A DNA stretch of 64,000 nt. Origin: Phycisphaerales bacterium. GTDB lineage: Bacteria; Planctomycetota; Phycisphaerae; UBA1845. Positions 18,083 through 27,639 of the stretch are shown here, piece by piece (position 1 is the stretch's first letter; every line of letters begins with the position of its first letter). Made by a program: the position numbers and the translations under genes. The notes under the pieces were generated by a model that searched no databases, was not told where the DNA came from, and was given only the letters and a program-made list of their open reading frames with translations. The stretch spans positions 4,431 to 68,430 of the forward strand of contig JABFSN010000074.1 in NCBI GenBank assembly GCA_013140575.1. The letters are read 5' to 3'.

Positions 18083-19576
18083 ATGCATCAACCATTGGAT
18101 TCGAACGGTGAATACCGCGGCAGCGGATCGGCCGAACCACCCCGCGTCGTCGTGGCCGTTCCGTCCACCGGCCAAATCCACCATGCCTGCATGGATTCGA
18201 TCCGCGAAATGATCCGCCACACCCGTCGGGCGGCGGAAATCGCGTTCTGGTGGGATAACGACCGCCCCCACGATCGCTGCCGCAACGCGCTGATCGAACG
18301 ATTCGTCGCCGACGGCCGATGGACGCACCTGCTGTTCATCGACACCGACGAGGTCGTCGGGCCCGACACGCTCGATCGGCTACTGGCCCACGACGCCCCC
18401 ATCGCGGCTGCGCCCGTGCCGTGTACGTTTCAGCGCTACGGCCTTCCCGGCGACGACCACGGCGTCACCATCGGCACGAACGTGATGGTGTTCGACGAGG
18501 TCGCCCGCCGCGGGTCGGTCATCGACGCCGACGCCCCCGACCGCGGCTATCGCCGTCTGGACCCCGACGATTTCCCCGACCACCCGTTCACCTGCGACGC
18601 CGTCGGCATGGGACTATGCCTGATCCATCGCCGAGTCATCGAACGCGTCGAACGCCCGTGGTGCGCGTTCGTTGGCGATGGCGACACCGGCGTCGGCGAG
18701 GACATCTATTTCATGCGCAAGGCCCGGGCGGCCGGTTTCGACATTCTGATCGACCCGCACGTCATGCCCGACCATTACAAGCCCATCGACCTGACCCATC
18801 TGGACCTGCTGTTCAGCGACAAGATCCCCGTTTCGCCGTGGCCGCGATTGCAAACGCCGGACGATTGCCGCCGCGTGATCGTGGCCGCCCGCGTCCCGCA
18901 AACCGGCTGGATGCCCATCCGCTCGGCCGACGTGTTGCAGGAATGGGAATTGAACGGCGCCGGCCGGGTGCATCTGGAATCGCTGCGGGCCGATACGTTC
19001 CGCGGCGCGGTACATGAATTGTTGCGTAGGTTGCCCGGCATCGACAATTCGTTCAGTCGCGTCCTGTTCATCGGCGACGACGTGGTTCCGCACAGCAAGT
19101 CGCTGGGATTGATGGCGTCCGTGGACGCACCCATCGTGGCCGCGTTGACCCGCACGCTGATCGACGGTCACATCTGCTGGTCGCATTGGCACCGCGACGC
19201 CGCCGACGGCGCGAACGGCATGGATGGCGCCGGCGCCGGTTCATGGCACGCCCCGCAGAACATCAACCTGCCGCAGACGACCGAACCGTTCGACGCCGAC
19301 GCCGTGGACCTGTCCTGCGCCATGATCGACCGCAGCCTGCTGGAACACGTCCTGCCCCGTGTGCCCGTCGACGACCCCGGCCCGAATCCCGACCACGCGT
19401 TCATGCAACGGTTCTGCCAAACCGCGACGAAAATCACGGGCCTGCGCCCGCACGTCGTCCCGCTGACCGTCGAGCGCCGCGCCGAAATCGGCCTCCGCGG
19501 CCTCCTGAACCTCAAAATGCGCCTGAAATCCCAATTCCGCGACCAATCGCTTCCCGCTGTTTCCTATGCACCCTAG
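18083..19576 (+). CDS. Tandem GT-A (GT2-like) glycosyltransferase, second domain degenerate
   Basis: Domain 1: RCRNAL, THLLFIDTD, VGMGLCLIHR, GEDIYF; domain 2: RVLFIGDD, DAPIVAA, DAVDLSCAMIDR. Confidence 0.72.
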   Translation: MHQPLDSNGEYRGSGSAEPPRVVVAVPSTGQIHHACMDSIREMIRHTRRAAEIAFWWDNDRPHDRCRNALIERFVADGRWTHLLFIDTDEVVGPDTLDRLLAHDAPIAAAPVPCTFQRYGLPGDDHGVTIGTNVMVFDEVARRGSVIDADAPDRGYRRLDPDDFPDHPFTCDAVGMGLCLIHRRVIERVERPWCAFVGDGDTGVGEDIYFMRKARAAGFDILIDPHVMPDHYKPIDLTHLDLLFSDKIPVSPWPRLQTPDDCRRVIVAARVPQTGWMPIRSADVLQEWELNGAGRVHLESLRADTFRGAVHELLRRLPGIDNSFSRVLFIGDDVVPHSKSLGLMASVDAPIVAALTRTLIDGHICWSHWHRDAADGANGMDGAGAGSWHAPQNINLPQTTEPFDADAVDLSCAMIDRSLLEHVLPRVPVDDPGPNPDHAFMQRFCQTATKITGLRPHVVPLTVERRAEIGLRGLLNLKMRLKSQFRDQSLPAVSYAP

Positions 19577-19686
19577 CCGCGTGTTGGCTTCGATTCATCA
19601 AGCCGGTGCCCGCTTTCGATCGAGCTGCGGCGAACCCTGCGATGCCAAGTAGGTACCGAATTGCACTGCGAATTCCGACGATCCTG

Positions 19687-19715
19687 TTGACACTTCGTAT
19701 ACTGCAGGATATACT
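19687..19715 (+). promoter_or_regulatory. Near-consensus sigma70 promoter with overlapping palindrome
   Basis: TTGACA-N17-TATACT; inverted repeats ATCCTG...CAGGAT and GTATA...TATAC overlap it. Confidence 0.7.
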
Positions 19716-19773
19716 AAACCTGTATTGGTCTCGGTGAAGCACGGCGCTGTAGTTCCGAGGAGTTCATCGTTCG

Positions 19774-20082
19774 GTGAGTGACATCCGACCATTTATGATT
19801 GACATCCGCCCAGTTTATTTGGGGGTATTCTCGGAATTTGAAGCCAAGCTTCTTCGATTGTGGTTGCAATACACCCACGACCTTGAGGTTCGAGCTGAGT
19901 GTATTCGAGTGGGGCTTGTGACTGCATTTTCGCGACCCATTCATGAACCACGTAGCGAGATACTCAAGAACCGCAGTCTATGGAATCGTCTACGCGGGGA
20001 CGCACGAGATGTCCCATTCATGAATGTGAAAAGGTCCGTGAGGAGTTCTGTCGCACAAGACGGCGCGTCTTGTGCGGGATAG
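19774..20082 (+). CDS. Hypothetical protein upstream of hicA-hicB
   Basis: 102-aa ORF downstream of the strong promoter, preceded by GAGGAG; no family recognised. Confidence 0.3.
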   Translation: MSDIRPFMIDIRPVYLGVFSEFEAKLLRLWLQYTHDLEVRAECIRVGLVTAFSRPIHEPRSEILKNRSLWNRLRGDARDVPFMNVKRSVRSSVAQDGASCAG

Positions 20083-20184
20083 CGAGTTGCGGGCAAGGGC
20101 CCGGTCAATCCTAAAGGAGTGTCCATATGGGGTTCGAGAAGGGAATTCAGTTGAGGCGAATCATAACGAATTGGAGAGGTTCGG

Positions 20185-20376
20185 ATGTCCGAAAGACCAT
20201 TCTCGGAAGTCCTGAAAAAGCTGGAATTGCATGGATGGCTGTTGCAACGCGTATGGCCGCCGTATCGCGTGTTCATTCACCCGGATCATGACCTACCGTT
20301 GATGATCCCGGTGCATGACAGGATGGTAAACGAGGCCTACGTTGAAAAAATCAAAAAGCTCTTCGGCGAGGAATAA
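20185..20376 (+). CDS. hicA: HicA-like toxin (atypical active-site loop)
   Basis: FSEVLKKLELHGWLLQRV..YRVFIHP...IPVHDRMVNEAYVEKIKK fits the HicA layout; lies directly upstream of hicB. Confidence 0.7.
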   Translation: MSERPFSEVLKKLELHGWLLQRVWPPYRVFIHPDHDLPLMIPVHDRMVNEAYVEKIKKLFGEE

Positions 20377-20755
20377 ATCGTTGGATCGTCCGTTCGAACC
20401 AAGAATCCTCGAACGGGCGCGGGCGATCGTGGCGCGGTATCGGATCGTGCTGGAACCGAACGACGAGTTGGGCTACATCGGCTCGGCCGTCGAGATGCCC
20501 AACGCCTACGCCGACGGCAAAACGCCCGAACAATGCGTCGCGGCCACGCGCGAAGCACTGACCGCCGCCGTCGCCACCATGATCGAGATGGGCAAGCGTC
20601 CGCCGGTCGATCGCGGGCAGCGGTCCATGCAGGTGAACATCCGGCTGACCGCGCACGAAAAGCTGATCCTGGAAGACGCGGCCGCCCGCCGTGGATTCCG
20701 TGGTATTTCCGACTTCCTGCGTACGGCCGCCCTCGAAAAAAGCGAATCCAATTAG
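20342..20755 (+). CDS. hicB: HicB family antitoxin with C-terminal RHH (DUF1778-like) domain
   Basis: YRIVLE...GYIGSAVEMPNAYADGKTPEQCVAATREAL...PP, followed by QVNIRLTAHEKLILEDAAARRGFRGISDFLR. Confidence 0.85.
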   Translation: MKKSKSSSARNKSLDRPFEPRILERARAIVARYRIVLEPNDELGYIGSAVEMPNAYADGKTPEQCVAATREALTAAVATMIEMGKRPPVDRGQRSMQVNIRLTAHEKLILEDAAARRGFRGISDFLRTAALEKSESN

Positions 20756-20768
20756 CCGGTTGCGGGTG

Positions 20769-20791
20769 CCCCACCCCATCCTGGGGTGGGG
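20769..20791. terminator. GC-rich hairpin between convergent genes
   Basis: ccccacccca-tcc-tggggtgggg; no clear U-tract. Confidence 0.35.
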
Positions 20792-20845
20792 GACTGACGA
20801 CGGCGGTGGCGGTTCTGTGCCGGTTCCGGGGTTGCAGGCGCTTGT

Positions 20846-23227
20846 CTATACGATCTGCGCCGCCAGAAAATCCGCCATCGCGTGCAGGAATCGATCAACG
20901 GTCGATCGGTAACTGAACCGTTCGAGCACGACCCGCCGCATGCGTTCGGTGATGTCGCGCCGTTCGTCGTCGTGGTTCAGGAAATGTTCGACCCGCCGTT
21001 CGAATTCGTCGGCCGAATTGAATTGAATCGCATCCAGATCGTGAAACACGTCGCCGGCGTGGTCCACCTCGGCGCAATGCCGCAGGTAGGCCAGCGCGTC
21101 GCGGCCATGGTGTTTCGCCGGGCGCAGCCAGTCGCCGAGGTATTCAGTCAACAGCCGCCGCAACGATACATCGTCGTTCGCCACTAGCGCCGCCGAATCG
21201 CGGATGCCCAACTCGTCGATTCGTGCCATCAGTTGCCGTAGCGTCACCGCCGATCCCTCGTGCGTCGAGCGCGCCAGGAAAAACCCACCGCACGCCAACC
21301 CATCCAACGCCCGCTGATGGATCATCCCGGCGGGCATCAGTTGCAGGTTGATCCGGCTGGCCCGATTCAGACACGACAGTTCGTGTCCGTTTTCGACCGG
21401 ACCGGCCGCGAACGCGGACAGCGTCGGATGGCGGTCCCAACCGTTGCCGTAAATGCGGAAGGAACGACCGGTTCGACGCGCCCAATCCGCGACCCATCGC
21501 AGCGCTTCGTGGCGGAATACGCGGTCCCCCAACCGCCATAAATACCATTCCAGCAACCAGTTGCGCATTTCCGGATCGCGGATTTCCAGTTTGCACCGGC
21601 GGCAGGCCTCGCCCAGCACCTCGGCCGTCAGGACGCCCAACGACACGTGCGGTCGGTTGGGCCAATCCGGCAGGATCGCGTGCATGGCGTCCATCATCCG
21701 AACTGCGTCGGGGTTTTTCTGCAGCGTGCGCTGTTCGAGATGGAATTCGTCGGCCGTCCGCGACGCGTGACTGACGTAGGAAACGTCGCAGCCGTATCGT
21801 TCGCGTTCCGCGTCGGTCAACGGCTGTTCGGCGAACCGGTCGGCCCTCGTCGGAATCGCGCAGGTCAGGTATTGCCCCGGGTCGTATCGCATTTCGACCC
21901 ACCGGGCCCGTGAACAGCCGACCAGAAAATCGTGACGGGCGACGCCGTCCAGATTCTGCCGCGTGAAAACCTGCGGCAGGCAATCCTGGTCCCACGTCAG
22001 CACCGGCAGGTTTCGCGGTAACACGTTCCTGAATTCCGGCCGCACGTGATCGAACACAAAAAACAGATCGGGGTCTAGTGATTGAATCGCATGGTGATAG
22101 GTCAGCGGACCGGTAATGGCGTGATCCGTCGATTCGGTCAGGACCTCGCAACGGTGGCCGAGCGCGTGCAACGCATCGCGAACGTCGCGCATTGAGTATT
22201 GCAGGAACGTGGTGTGCGTGCTGACGGCCGCCAGAATGCGCAACGGTGGCCCGCCGCCCGACAACGCATCACGAAATCGCCGCGCCCGGTACGCGACGTC
22301 GCGGGCGTCGTACCGGGCGTTCAATTCGAGAGCGGACGCGGTCACCGCGTCGTTTCGACGTTGCCCGGCCCGTTCGACGACGACGAGCGCGGGTTCGTGT
22401 TCGCCCGCGCGGCATTGTCCCATCGCAAACGCCCGCGTCGGGAACGGCAGGTCCGGATCCCCGTCCCAAGCCTGTTCCAGTTGCGTTTTCCATTCCGGCC
22501 CGACAAATAGACGCACCCGCTCGTCCGACAGCAACGCGTACCAGTCGTGCAGGTGTAACGCGAGCGCCAGAACGGCCGGTTCCGGCTCGATGACGAACAG
22601 CGCACACGAATACCCGTGAAACGTATCGAGCGTTCGTTGATGGATGCGCGCAAACAAGTGTCCCAGCGCGACGCCGTCGAACAGGTAGGGCCCGGGCGTC
22701 AACTGTTGAACGTCGTCGGGAAACGCCTGCCGTTCGGCCGATCCTGGGTGGTCGCCGAAATAGGGTATCCATCGCCACCGCCACGCGTCGTCGTGCGCCC
22801 GCACGTGATGCCGCCCGGCCGCGTCACGAAACAACTGATATCGTCGTCCGTCGCGCCGCCACGCATCGCGAATGACGCCGCAGTCCAATCCCCGGTCGTT
22901 CATTACCGCCAGGTTGGCCTCGAACTGATGGTGATACACCGACCAGGCGATTCGACCGATTGAAACCGAGGCGAGTTCCTGACGGAGCGCAACCAACGCG
23001 GATTCGGCCCGACGGTCACCGTCGGAGTTCACGTCGGCCAGAAGTTCGTTAGCCGGTCCGCCCAATCCCAACCGGACGTATTCCCGCACGGCCGCCAGCC
23101 GCATCTGGTGGTCCGCCGGCGATACGTCGAGATAGCGGGCGGCCCGATCCAGAAACCCGTAGGGGTCGCGGGATTCAAGGCAGCGCAACAATTCCGAACG
23201 GTCCGTGTCGAGGGTCAGCGTGGTCAC
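20846..23227 (-). CDS. Large glycosyltransferase: Maf-like N-terminal region plus CgeB/Glyco_trans_1_2 domain
   Basis: FEANLAVM, LFVIEPEPAVLALALHLHDW..LL...VRLFVG (Maf-N-like); FRIYGNGW, RASRINL, HQRALDGLACGGF, ERFSY. Confidence 0.7.
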   Translation of the reverse strand: MTTLTLDTDRSELLRCLESRDPYGFLDRAARYLDVSPADHQMRLAAVREYVRLGLGGPANELLADVNSDGDRRAESALVALRQELASVSIGRIAWSVYHHQFEANLAVMNDRGLDCGVIRDAWRRDGRRYQLFRDAAGRHHVRAHDDAWRWRWIPYFGDHPGSAERQAFPDDVQQLTPGPYLFDGVALGHLFARIHQRTLDTFHGYSCALFVIEPEPAVLALALHLHDWYALLSDERVRLFVGPEWKTQLEQAWDGDPDLPFPTRAFAMGQCRAGEHEPALVVVERAGQRRNDAVTASALELNARYDARDVAYRARRFRDALSGGGPPLRILAAVSTHTTFLQYSMRDVRDALHALGHRCEVLTESTDHAITGPLTYHHAIQSLDPDLFFVFDHVRPEFRNVLPRNLPVLTWDQDCLPQVFTRQNLDGVARHDFLVGCSRARWVEMRYDPGQYLTCAIPTRADRFAEQPLTDAERERYGCDVSYVSHASRTADEFHLEQRTLQKNPDAVRMMDAMHAILPDWPNRPHVSLGVLTAEVLGEACRRCKLEIRDPEMRNWLLEWYLWRLGDRVFRHEALRWVADWARRTGRSFRIYGNGWDRHPTLSAFAAGPVENGHELSCLNRASRINLQLMPAGMIHQRALDGLACGGFFLARSTHEGSAVTLRQLMARIDELGIRDSAALVANDDVSLRRLLTEYLGDWLRPAKHHGRDALAYLRHCAEVDHAGDVFHDLDAIQFNSADEFERRVEHFLNHDDERRDITERMRRVVLERFSYRSTVDRFLHAMADFLAAQIV

Positions 23228-23475
23228 GTTTCGATTCGTCGCCTGCCAAGTCGTTCCGCGTCGGGCGGCCCCGACGTCTCGACGGTCCTATCGGTGAACG
23301 GTCTGTCGAATCTTGTCCCAGTTTGTCCACCGCGCGGGATACCCCGGCTCCCCGCGGTCGGCGGTCATGTTTTCCATGGTCCCGGGGCGGATTGAATCCG
23401 TGACAACCACCATCAAAAGGAATACAAATTGCGGTGCGTCCGACCCGCGGCGGGTTGGCCGCGGAGGCGATTGCC

Positions 23476-23655
23476 ATGATGATTCCGTTGAACGGTGGGT
23501 TGATGCAGGCGCCGGTGATGGTGGCCCAAATCCTGCAAGATGTCGATGGATTCCTGACCGGACCGCAGGTTTTCCAAGCGGTCGCCGAACTGCTGCTGGC
23601 CGTCCTGACCAGCCTGTTGTACCTGATTTTCCCGAGCCTGCGCGGGGGGGCCTGA
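23476..23655 (+). CDS. Small membrane protein (59 aa)
   Basis: GGAGG Shine-Dalgarno before the ATG; C-terminal hydrophobic helix AVAELLLAVLTSLLYLIFP. Confidence 0.5.
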   Translation: MMIPLNGGLMQAPVMVAQILQDVDGFLTGPQVFQAVAELLLAVLTSLLYLIFPSLRGGA

Positions 23656-23939
23656 CCGTCGGCGACGGCGTTTGGCCGAATTGCGGCACCGGCTTGACGG
23701 GTTGGGCCGATGTGCTATGGTGGGGCGTGGGAATGGGTGGCGCTTGCCGCGGCGAGGCGGCCGTATCAATTTGATTCGTCGTCCCCGTAACGGTTCGAGG
23801 TCCATGACGCGTCGCACTCGTTAGCCCCATGATGACCGCACGGTATCGTACCGGGTCGCTGGCTGACGCGCGTTGGATGTCGCGCCGTTTCTTGCGTTTT
23901 ACGATCAGTCGCTAGCCCGGCAAGGCAGGAGCCGTTTTT

Positions 23940-26138
23940 CTGAAAGTCACGCTTCCGGACGGTACGGTGTTGCAGGTCGAGGACGGCGCCACCACGCTCG
24001 ACGTGGCCCGTCGCATCGGCGCTGGCTTGGCGCGGGCCGCGGTCGCCGGCCGGTTTACGGTCAACGGCCACGCCGAAATCGTCGATCTGAATCGCCCGTT
24101 GCCCGGCGACGGAAAATTGAACATTCTGACCCGGTCGGATGACGATCCCGACAGCCTGCACGTCCTGCGGCACAGCGCCGCCCACGTGATGGCCGAGGCC
24201 GTCTGCAGACTGTACCCCGCCGCCAAACTGGTTTACGGGCCGCCGGTCGAGGACGGATTCTATTACGACATCGATCTGGACCAGTCCATTTCGACCGATG
24301 CGTTCGCGCGCATCGAGACCGAAATGAAACGCATCGTGGAGGCCGACCGACCGTTCACGCGCTACGAGCTGCCGCGCGGCGATGCGATGCGAAAGCTCGA
24401 AACCGAGAACAATCGCTACAAGGTGGACAACGCCAATCGCGCCGAGGGCGATTTGTTGAGCTTTTACGTCACCGGGGACACGCCCGGGGCGTTTTTTGAA
24501 GACTTGTGCCGCGGCCCGCACGTGCCGTCGACGGGCGTGATCGGGGCGTTCAAGATTCGGCAGGTGAGCGCCGCCTACTACCGCGGCGACGTCAACGAAA
24601 AGTCGTTGCAGCGCGTGTACGGCACGGCGTTTTTCAAGAAAAAAAGCCTCGACGACCATCTGGAACGGATGGAACAGGCCCGGCAGCGCGACCACCGGGT
24701 GATCGGCCGCGATCTGGACCTGTTCGTCATCGACGACATGGTCGGCCCGGGAGTGATCCTGTGGATGCCCAACGGAGCCATCGTTCGGACCGAGCTGCAG
24801 AACTACCTGACCGGCGAGATGTTGAAGCTGGGTTATCAACTGGTCTACACGCCGCACATCGGACGGTTGAAACTGTATCGCACCAGCGGTCATTTCCCCT
24901 ATTACAAGGATTCCCAGTTCCCCGCGATGTACGAATCCGATCGGGCGCGGGTGTTGAACGAAGTCTGGGAGGCCTGCGTCGCCCGCGGCGATGCGGACGG
25001 ATTCAGCGACGCCGAACAATGCGCGTTGGCCGAACTGGAACGGATCGACAAGCCATTCGCGGCACGGCTGATCGGCGAGAAGAAGTATCAACCGGGCCCG
25101 GGAACCGGGGCGCACAATCGCCGCGTCATCGAGGATTGCCTGGAAGAGGGCGACGGCTTCCTGCTGAGGCCGATGAATTGCCCGCACCACATCCGCATTT
25201 ACGCCGCCCGTCCGCGCAGCTATCGCGACCTGCCGTTCCGCGTGGCCGAGTACGGCACGGTGTATCGCTACGAACAAAGCGGCGAACTGAACGGCATGAC
25301 GCGCGTGCGCGGGTTCACGCAGGACGACGCCCACCTTTTCTGCACGGAAGACCAACTGGCCGAGGAGTTGCTGACCACCGTGCGCCTGACGCGGCAAGTC
25401 CTGGAAGTGCTGGAATTGAAGGACTACCGGGTGCGCGTGGGCCTGCGTGACCCCAACAGCGACAAGTACGTCGGTTCCGGCGAAAACTGGGAGCGAGCTG
25501 AAGAAGCCGTCCGCCGGGCCGCCCGTGAAAGCGGCGTTCCATTTACCGAGGAAGTCGGCGAGGCCGCGTTCTACGGGCCGAAGATCGACTTCATCGTCAA
25601 GGACTGTATCGGGCGAAGCTGGCAGTTGGGCACGGTGCAGGCCGACTACAACGTGCCCGAGCGTTTCGACCTGACCTACACGGGCGCGGACAATCGAGCC
25701 CATCGCCCGGTGATGGTCCACCGCGCCCCGTTCGGAAGCATGGAGCGTTTCGTCGGCATTCTGATCGAGCATTTCGCGGGGGCGTTCCCGATGTGGCTGG
25801 CGCCCGTGCAGGTGGGCGTGCTGTCCATCAGCGAAAAGATCGCGGACTACGCGGAGAAGGTGTGCGTTGCGCTGAAAGCCGCCGGCCTGCGAACGGAATG
25901 GGACGATTCCGCGGAGAAGATCGGTCCCAAGAAGCATCGCATGCGGGCGCGGAAGATCCCCTATCTGCTGGTGGTCGGCGAGAATGAGGCTGCCGCGGGC
26001 ACGGTGAACGTCAACAACCGCGACGGGAAGATGCTGGGGGATTTGCCCATCGACGAGTTCATCGATGAATGCAAGCAGGAGATCGAATCGAAAGGGCGGC
26101 GGCCGGCGCGGATCGTCCGGTCGACCGCGGACGCATAA
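23940..26138 (+). CDS. thrS: Threonine--tRNA ligase
   Basis: TGS N-terminus KVTLPDG, LRHSAAHVMA, DLCRGPH, RDHR, RPMNCPHH, RVRGFTQDDAH, AAFYGPKID, HRAPFGSMERF; CTG start at 23940 inferred. Confidence 0.97.
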   Translation: MKVTLPDGTVLQVEDGATTLDVARRIGAGLARAAVAGRFTVNGHAEIVDLNRPLPGDGKLNILTRSDDDPDSLHVLRHSAAHVMAEAVCRLYPAAKLVYGPPVEDGFYYDIDLDQSISTDAFARIETEMKRIVEADRPFTRYELPRGDAMRKLETENNRYKVDNANRAEGDLLSFYVTGDTPGAFFEDLCRGPHVPSTGVIGAFKIRQVSAAYYRGDVNEKSLQRVYGTAFFKKKSLDDHLERMEQARQRDHRVIGRDLDLFVIDDMVGPGVILWMPNGAIVRTELQNYLTGEMLKLGYQLVYTPHIGRLKLYRTSGHFPYYKDSQFPAMYESDRARVLNEVWEACVARGDADGFSDAEQCALAELERIDKPFAARLIGEKKYQPGPGTGAHNRRVIEDCLEEGDGFLLRPMNCPHHIRIYAARPRSYRDLPFRVAEYGTVYRYEQSGELNGMTRVRGFTQDDAHLFCTEDQLAEELLTTVRLTRQVLEVLELKDYRVRVGLRDPNSDKYVGSGENWERAEEAVRRAARESGVPFTEEVGEAAFYGPKIDFIVKDCIGRSWQLGTVQADYNVPERFDLTYTGADNRAHRPVMVHRAPFGSMERFVGILIEHFAGAFPMWLAPVQVGVLSISEKIADYAEKVCVALKAAGLRTEWDDSAEKIGPKKHRMRARKIPYLLVVGENEAAAGTVNVNNRDGKMLGDLPIDEFIDECKQEIESKGRRPARIVRSTADA

Positions 26139-26164
26139 ACGGTTTTTTTGGAGGCACGACGGCC

Positions 26165-26671
26165 ATCGCCAAGCTAACGCGAATCAACGAGCAAATCCGT
26201 ATCAGCCCGGTACGCTTGATCGACCACGAGGGAAATCAGCGGGGCGTTGTTCCCACCGCTGAAGCACAGGGCATGGCCCGTGAAGCCGGGCTGGACCTGG
26301 TGGAGGTCTCGCCCAACGAACGTCCGCCGGTCTGCCGTATCATGGACTACGGCAAGCACAAATATGATCAAAAGAAGCGACAGAAACAGCAGCATCATCA
26401 CGAAAACGTCATGAAGGAAATCCGTCTGCGTCCCAAGACGGACGATCACGATCGCAAGATCAAGATCGACAAGGCGTCCGAATTCGTGAAGGCCGGGCAC
26501 AAGGTGCAGTTCACCATGCTGTTTCGCGGACGCGAACGGGCGCATCAGGATTTGGCGATGTTGTCGTTTAATGAAATCCTGGTGTTTTTCGGCGAAGCGG
26601 TGAAAGTTGAGCGTCCCGTCAAGATGGAAGGTCGGCGCATGACCATGGTGGTCGCGCCTGCCAAGAAATGA
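26165..26671 (+). CDS. infC: Translation initiation factor IF-3
   Basis: RINEQIR, GLDLVEVSP, PPVCRIMDYGK, KEIRLRP, FRGRE; GGAGG at 26150-26154 followed by an ATC start. Confidence 0.95.
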   Translation: MAKLTRINEQIRISPVRLIDHEGNQRGVVPTAEAQGMAREAGLDLVEVSPNERPPVCRIMDYGKHKYDQKKRQKQQHHHENVMKEIRLRPKTDDHDRKIKIDKASEFVKAGHKVQFTMLFRGRERAHQDLAMLSFNEILVFFGEAVKVERPVKMEGRRMTMVVAPAKK

Positions 26672-26743
26672 CGGCGCCGGCGGGTCTAACGGGCGTCCGG
26701 GTGCGGCCCCTACTCGCCGGGTCCAGCGACGGGTTTTGACGAG

Positions 26744-27196
26744 ATGCCGTCCGTAATGATTCGGCTGGCCGAGACCGACGAGGATCGTCGGCGATGTTTC
26801 CCGGTCATGGTTCAGTTGCGCCCGCTTCTGACGCAGCAGTCGTTTGTGGACCAGGCGGGTCGGCAATCCGCGAACGGCGGATACCGGCTGGCCATGCTGG
26901 AGGACGGCGGTCGCGTTCGTGCGGTGGCCGGTTTTCGGGTGACCGAGAACCTGTTTAGCGGTCGGCACGTGTACGTGGATGATCTGGTGACCGACGAATC
27001 GGTGCGATCGAACGGTCTCGGCGGGCAGTTGTTCGACTGGCTGGTGGAGCATGCGAAATCGGAGGGTTGCGTCCGATTCGAGCTGGATTCCGGCGTCCAG
27101 CGTGGCGGTGCTCATCGGTTTTACTTTCAAAAGAGAATGCACATTTCATCCTACCGGTTTCGGATGGAATTGGGTTTGGACGAGTCGGCGCGATGA
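26744..27196 (+). CDS. GNAT family N-acetyltransferase
   Basis: CFPVMVQLRP, YVDDLVTDESVRSNGLG, LDSGVQRGGAHRFY. Confidence 0.9.
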   Translation: MPSVMIRLAETDEDRRRCFPVMVQLRPLLTQQSFVDQAGRQSANGGYRLAMLEDGGRVRAVAGFRVTENLFSGRHVYVDDLVTDESVRSNGLGGQLFDWLVEHAKSEGCVRFELDSGVQRGGAHRFYFQKRMHISSYRFRMELGLDESAR

Positions 27197-27639
27197 CCGA
27201 TCACCAACGGTTGTTCGGCAGGATGGCAGACAGGGCGGTTGGCATTGTGCTTCAATACCTGCCGGCCGCGAGAATGTGTTTTTCGGACGATGGTCATTTG
27301 ATTGGAAATCGTGGAAATCGTCCGCGCGGTGGCCAGAATCGGACCGGAGTGTCCGAGGTTCGCTGAGATTTCCGCCTTTCGTGATGCGAAAGGATGGCGT
27401 CCGAGTTTCCGAGGTTCGGGGGTCGCAATGGCGGGTCCCACCTGCTACAATACCGGGTCGGGGTAGCGCCGCCGGCACATGGGGGGATGCGTGGGGGGTT
27501 CACGCGATATTTGGACTTCCGATTGGTCGGCGCTGCCGCGACCATCGGTTCGCGCCGCCGCGACGGTCGTTTGATCGGTCGTGGCGGTCCGGCGAGTGGG
27601 CACGCGCGGAGCGTGCGAGCGGGGGTGAGGGAGGAAGAA

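Noticed and set aside
12291-20755. Integron cassette array explanation for the small TA genes
   Set aside because: There is no intI, and I found no convincing RYYYAAC...GTTRRRY attC structure. The flanking palindromes look like REPs.
26069-26164. ATG at 26069 as the infC start
   Set aside because: It lies inside thrS and adds a non-conserved extension. The SD plus ATC at 26165 fits known infC behaviour.
27240-27256. Sigma54 promoter (TGGCAT-N5-TTCA) upstream of the cohesin cluster
   Set aside because: The -12 GC dinucleotide is absent, so the match is too weak to call.
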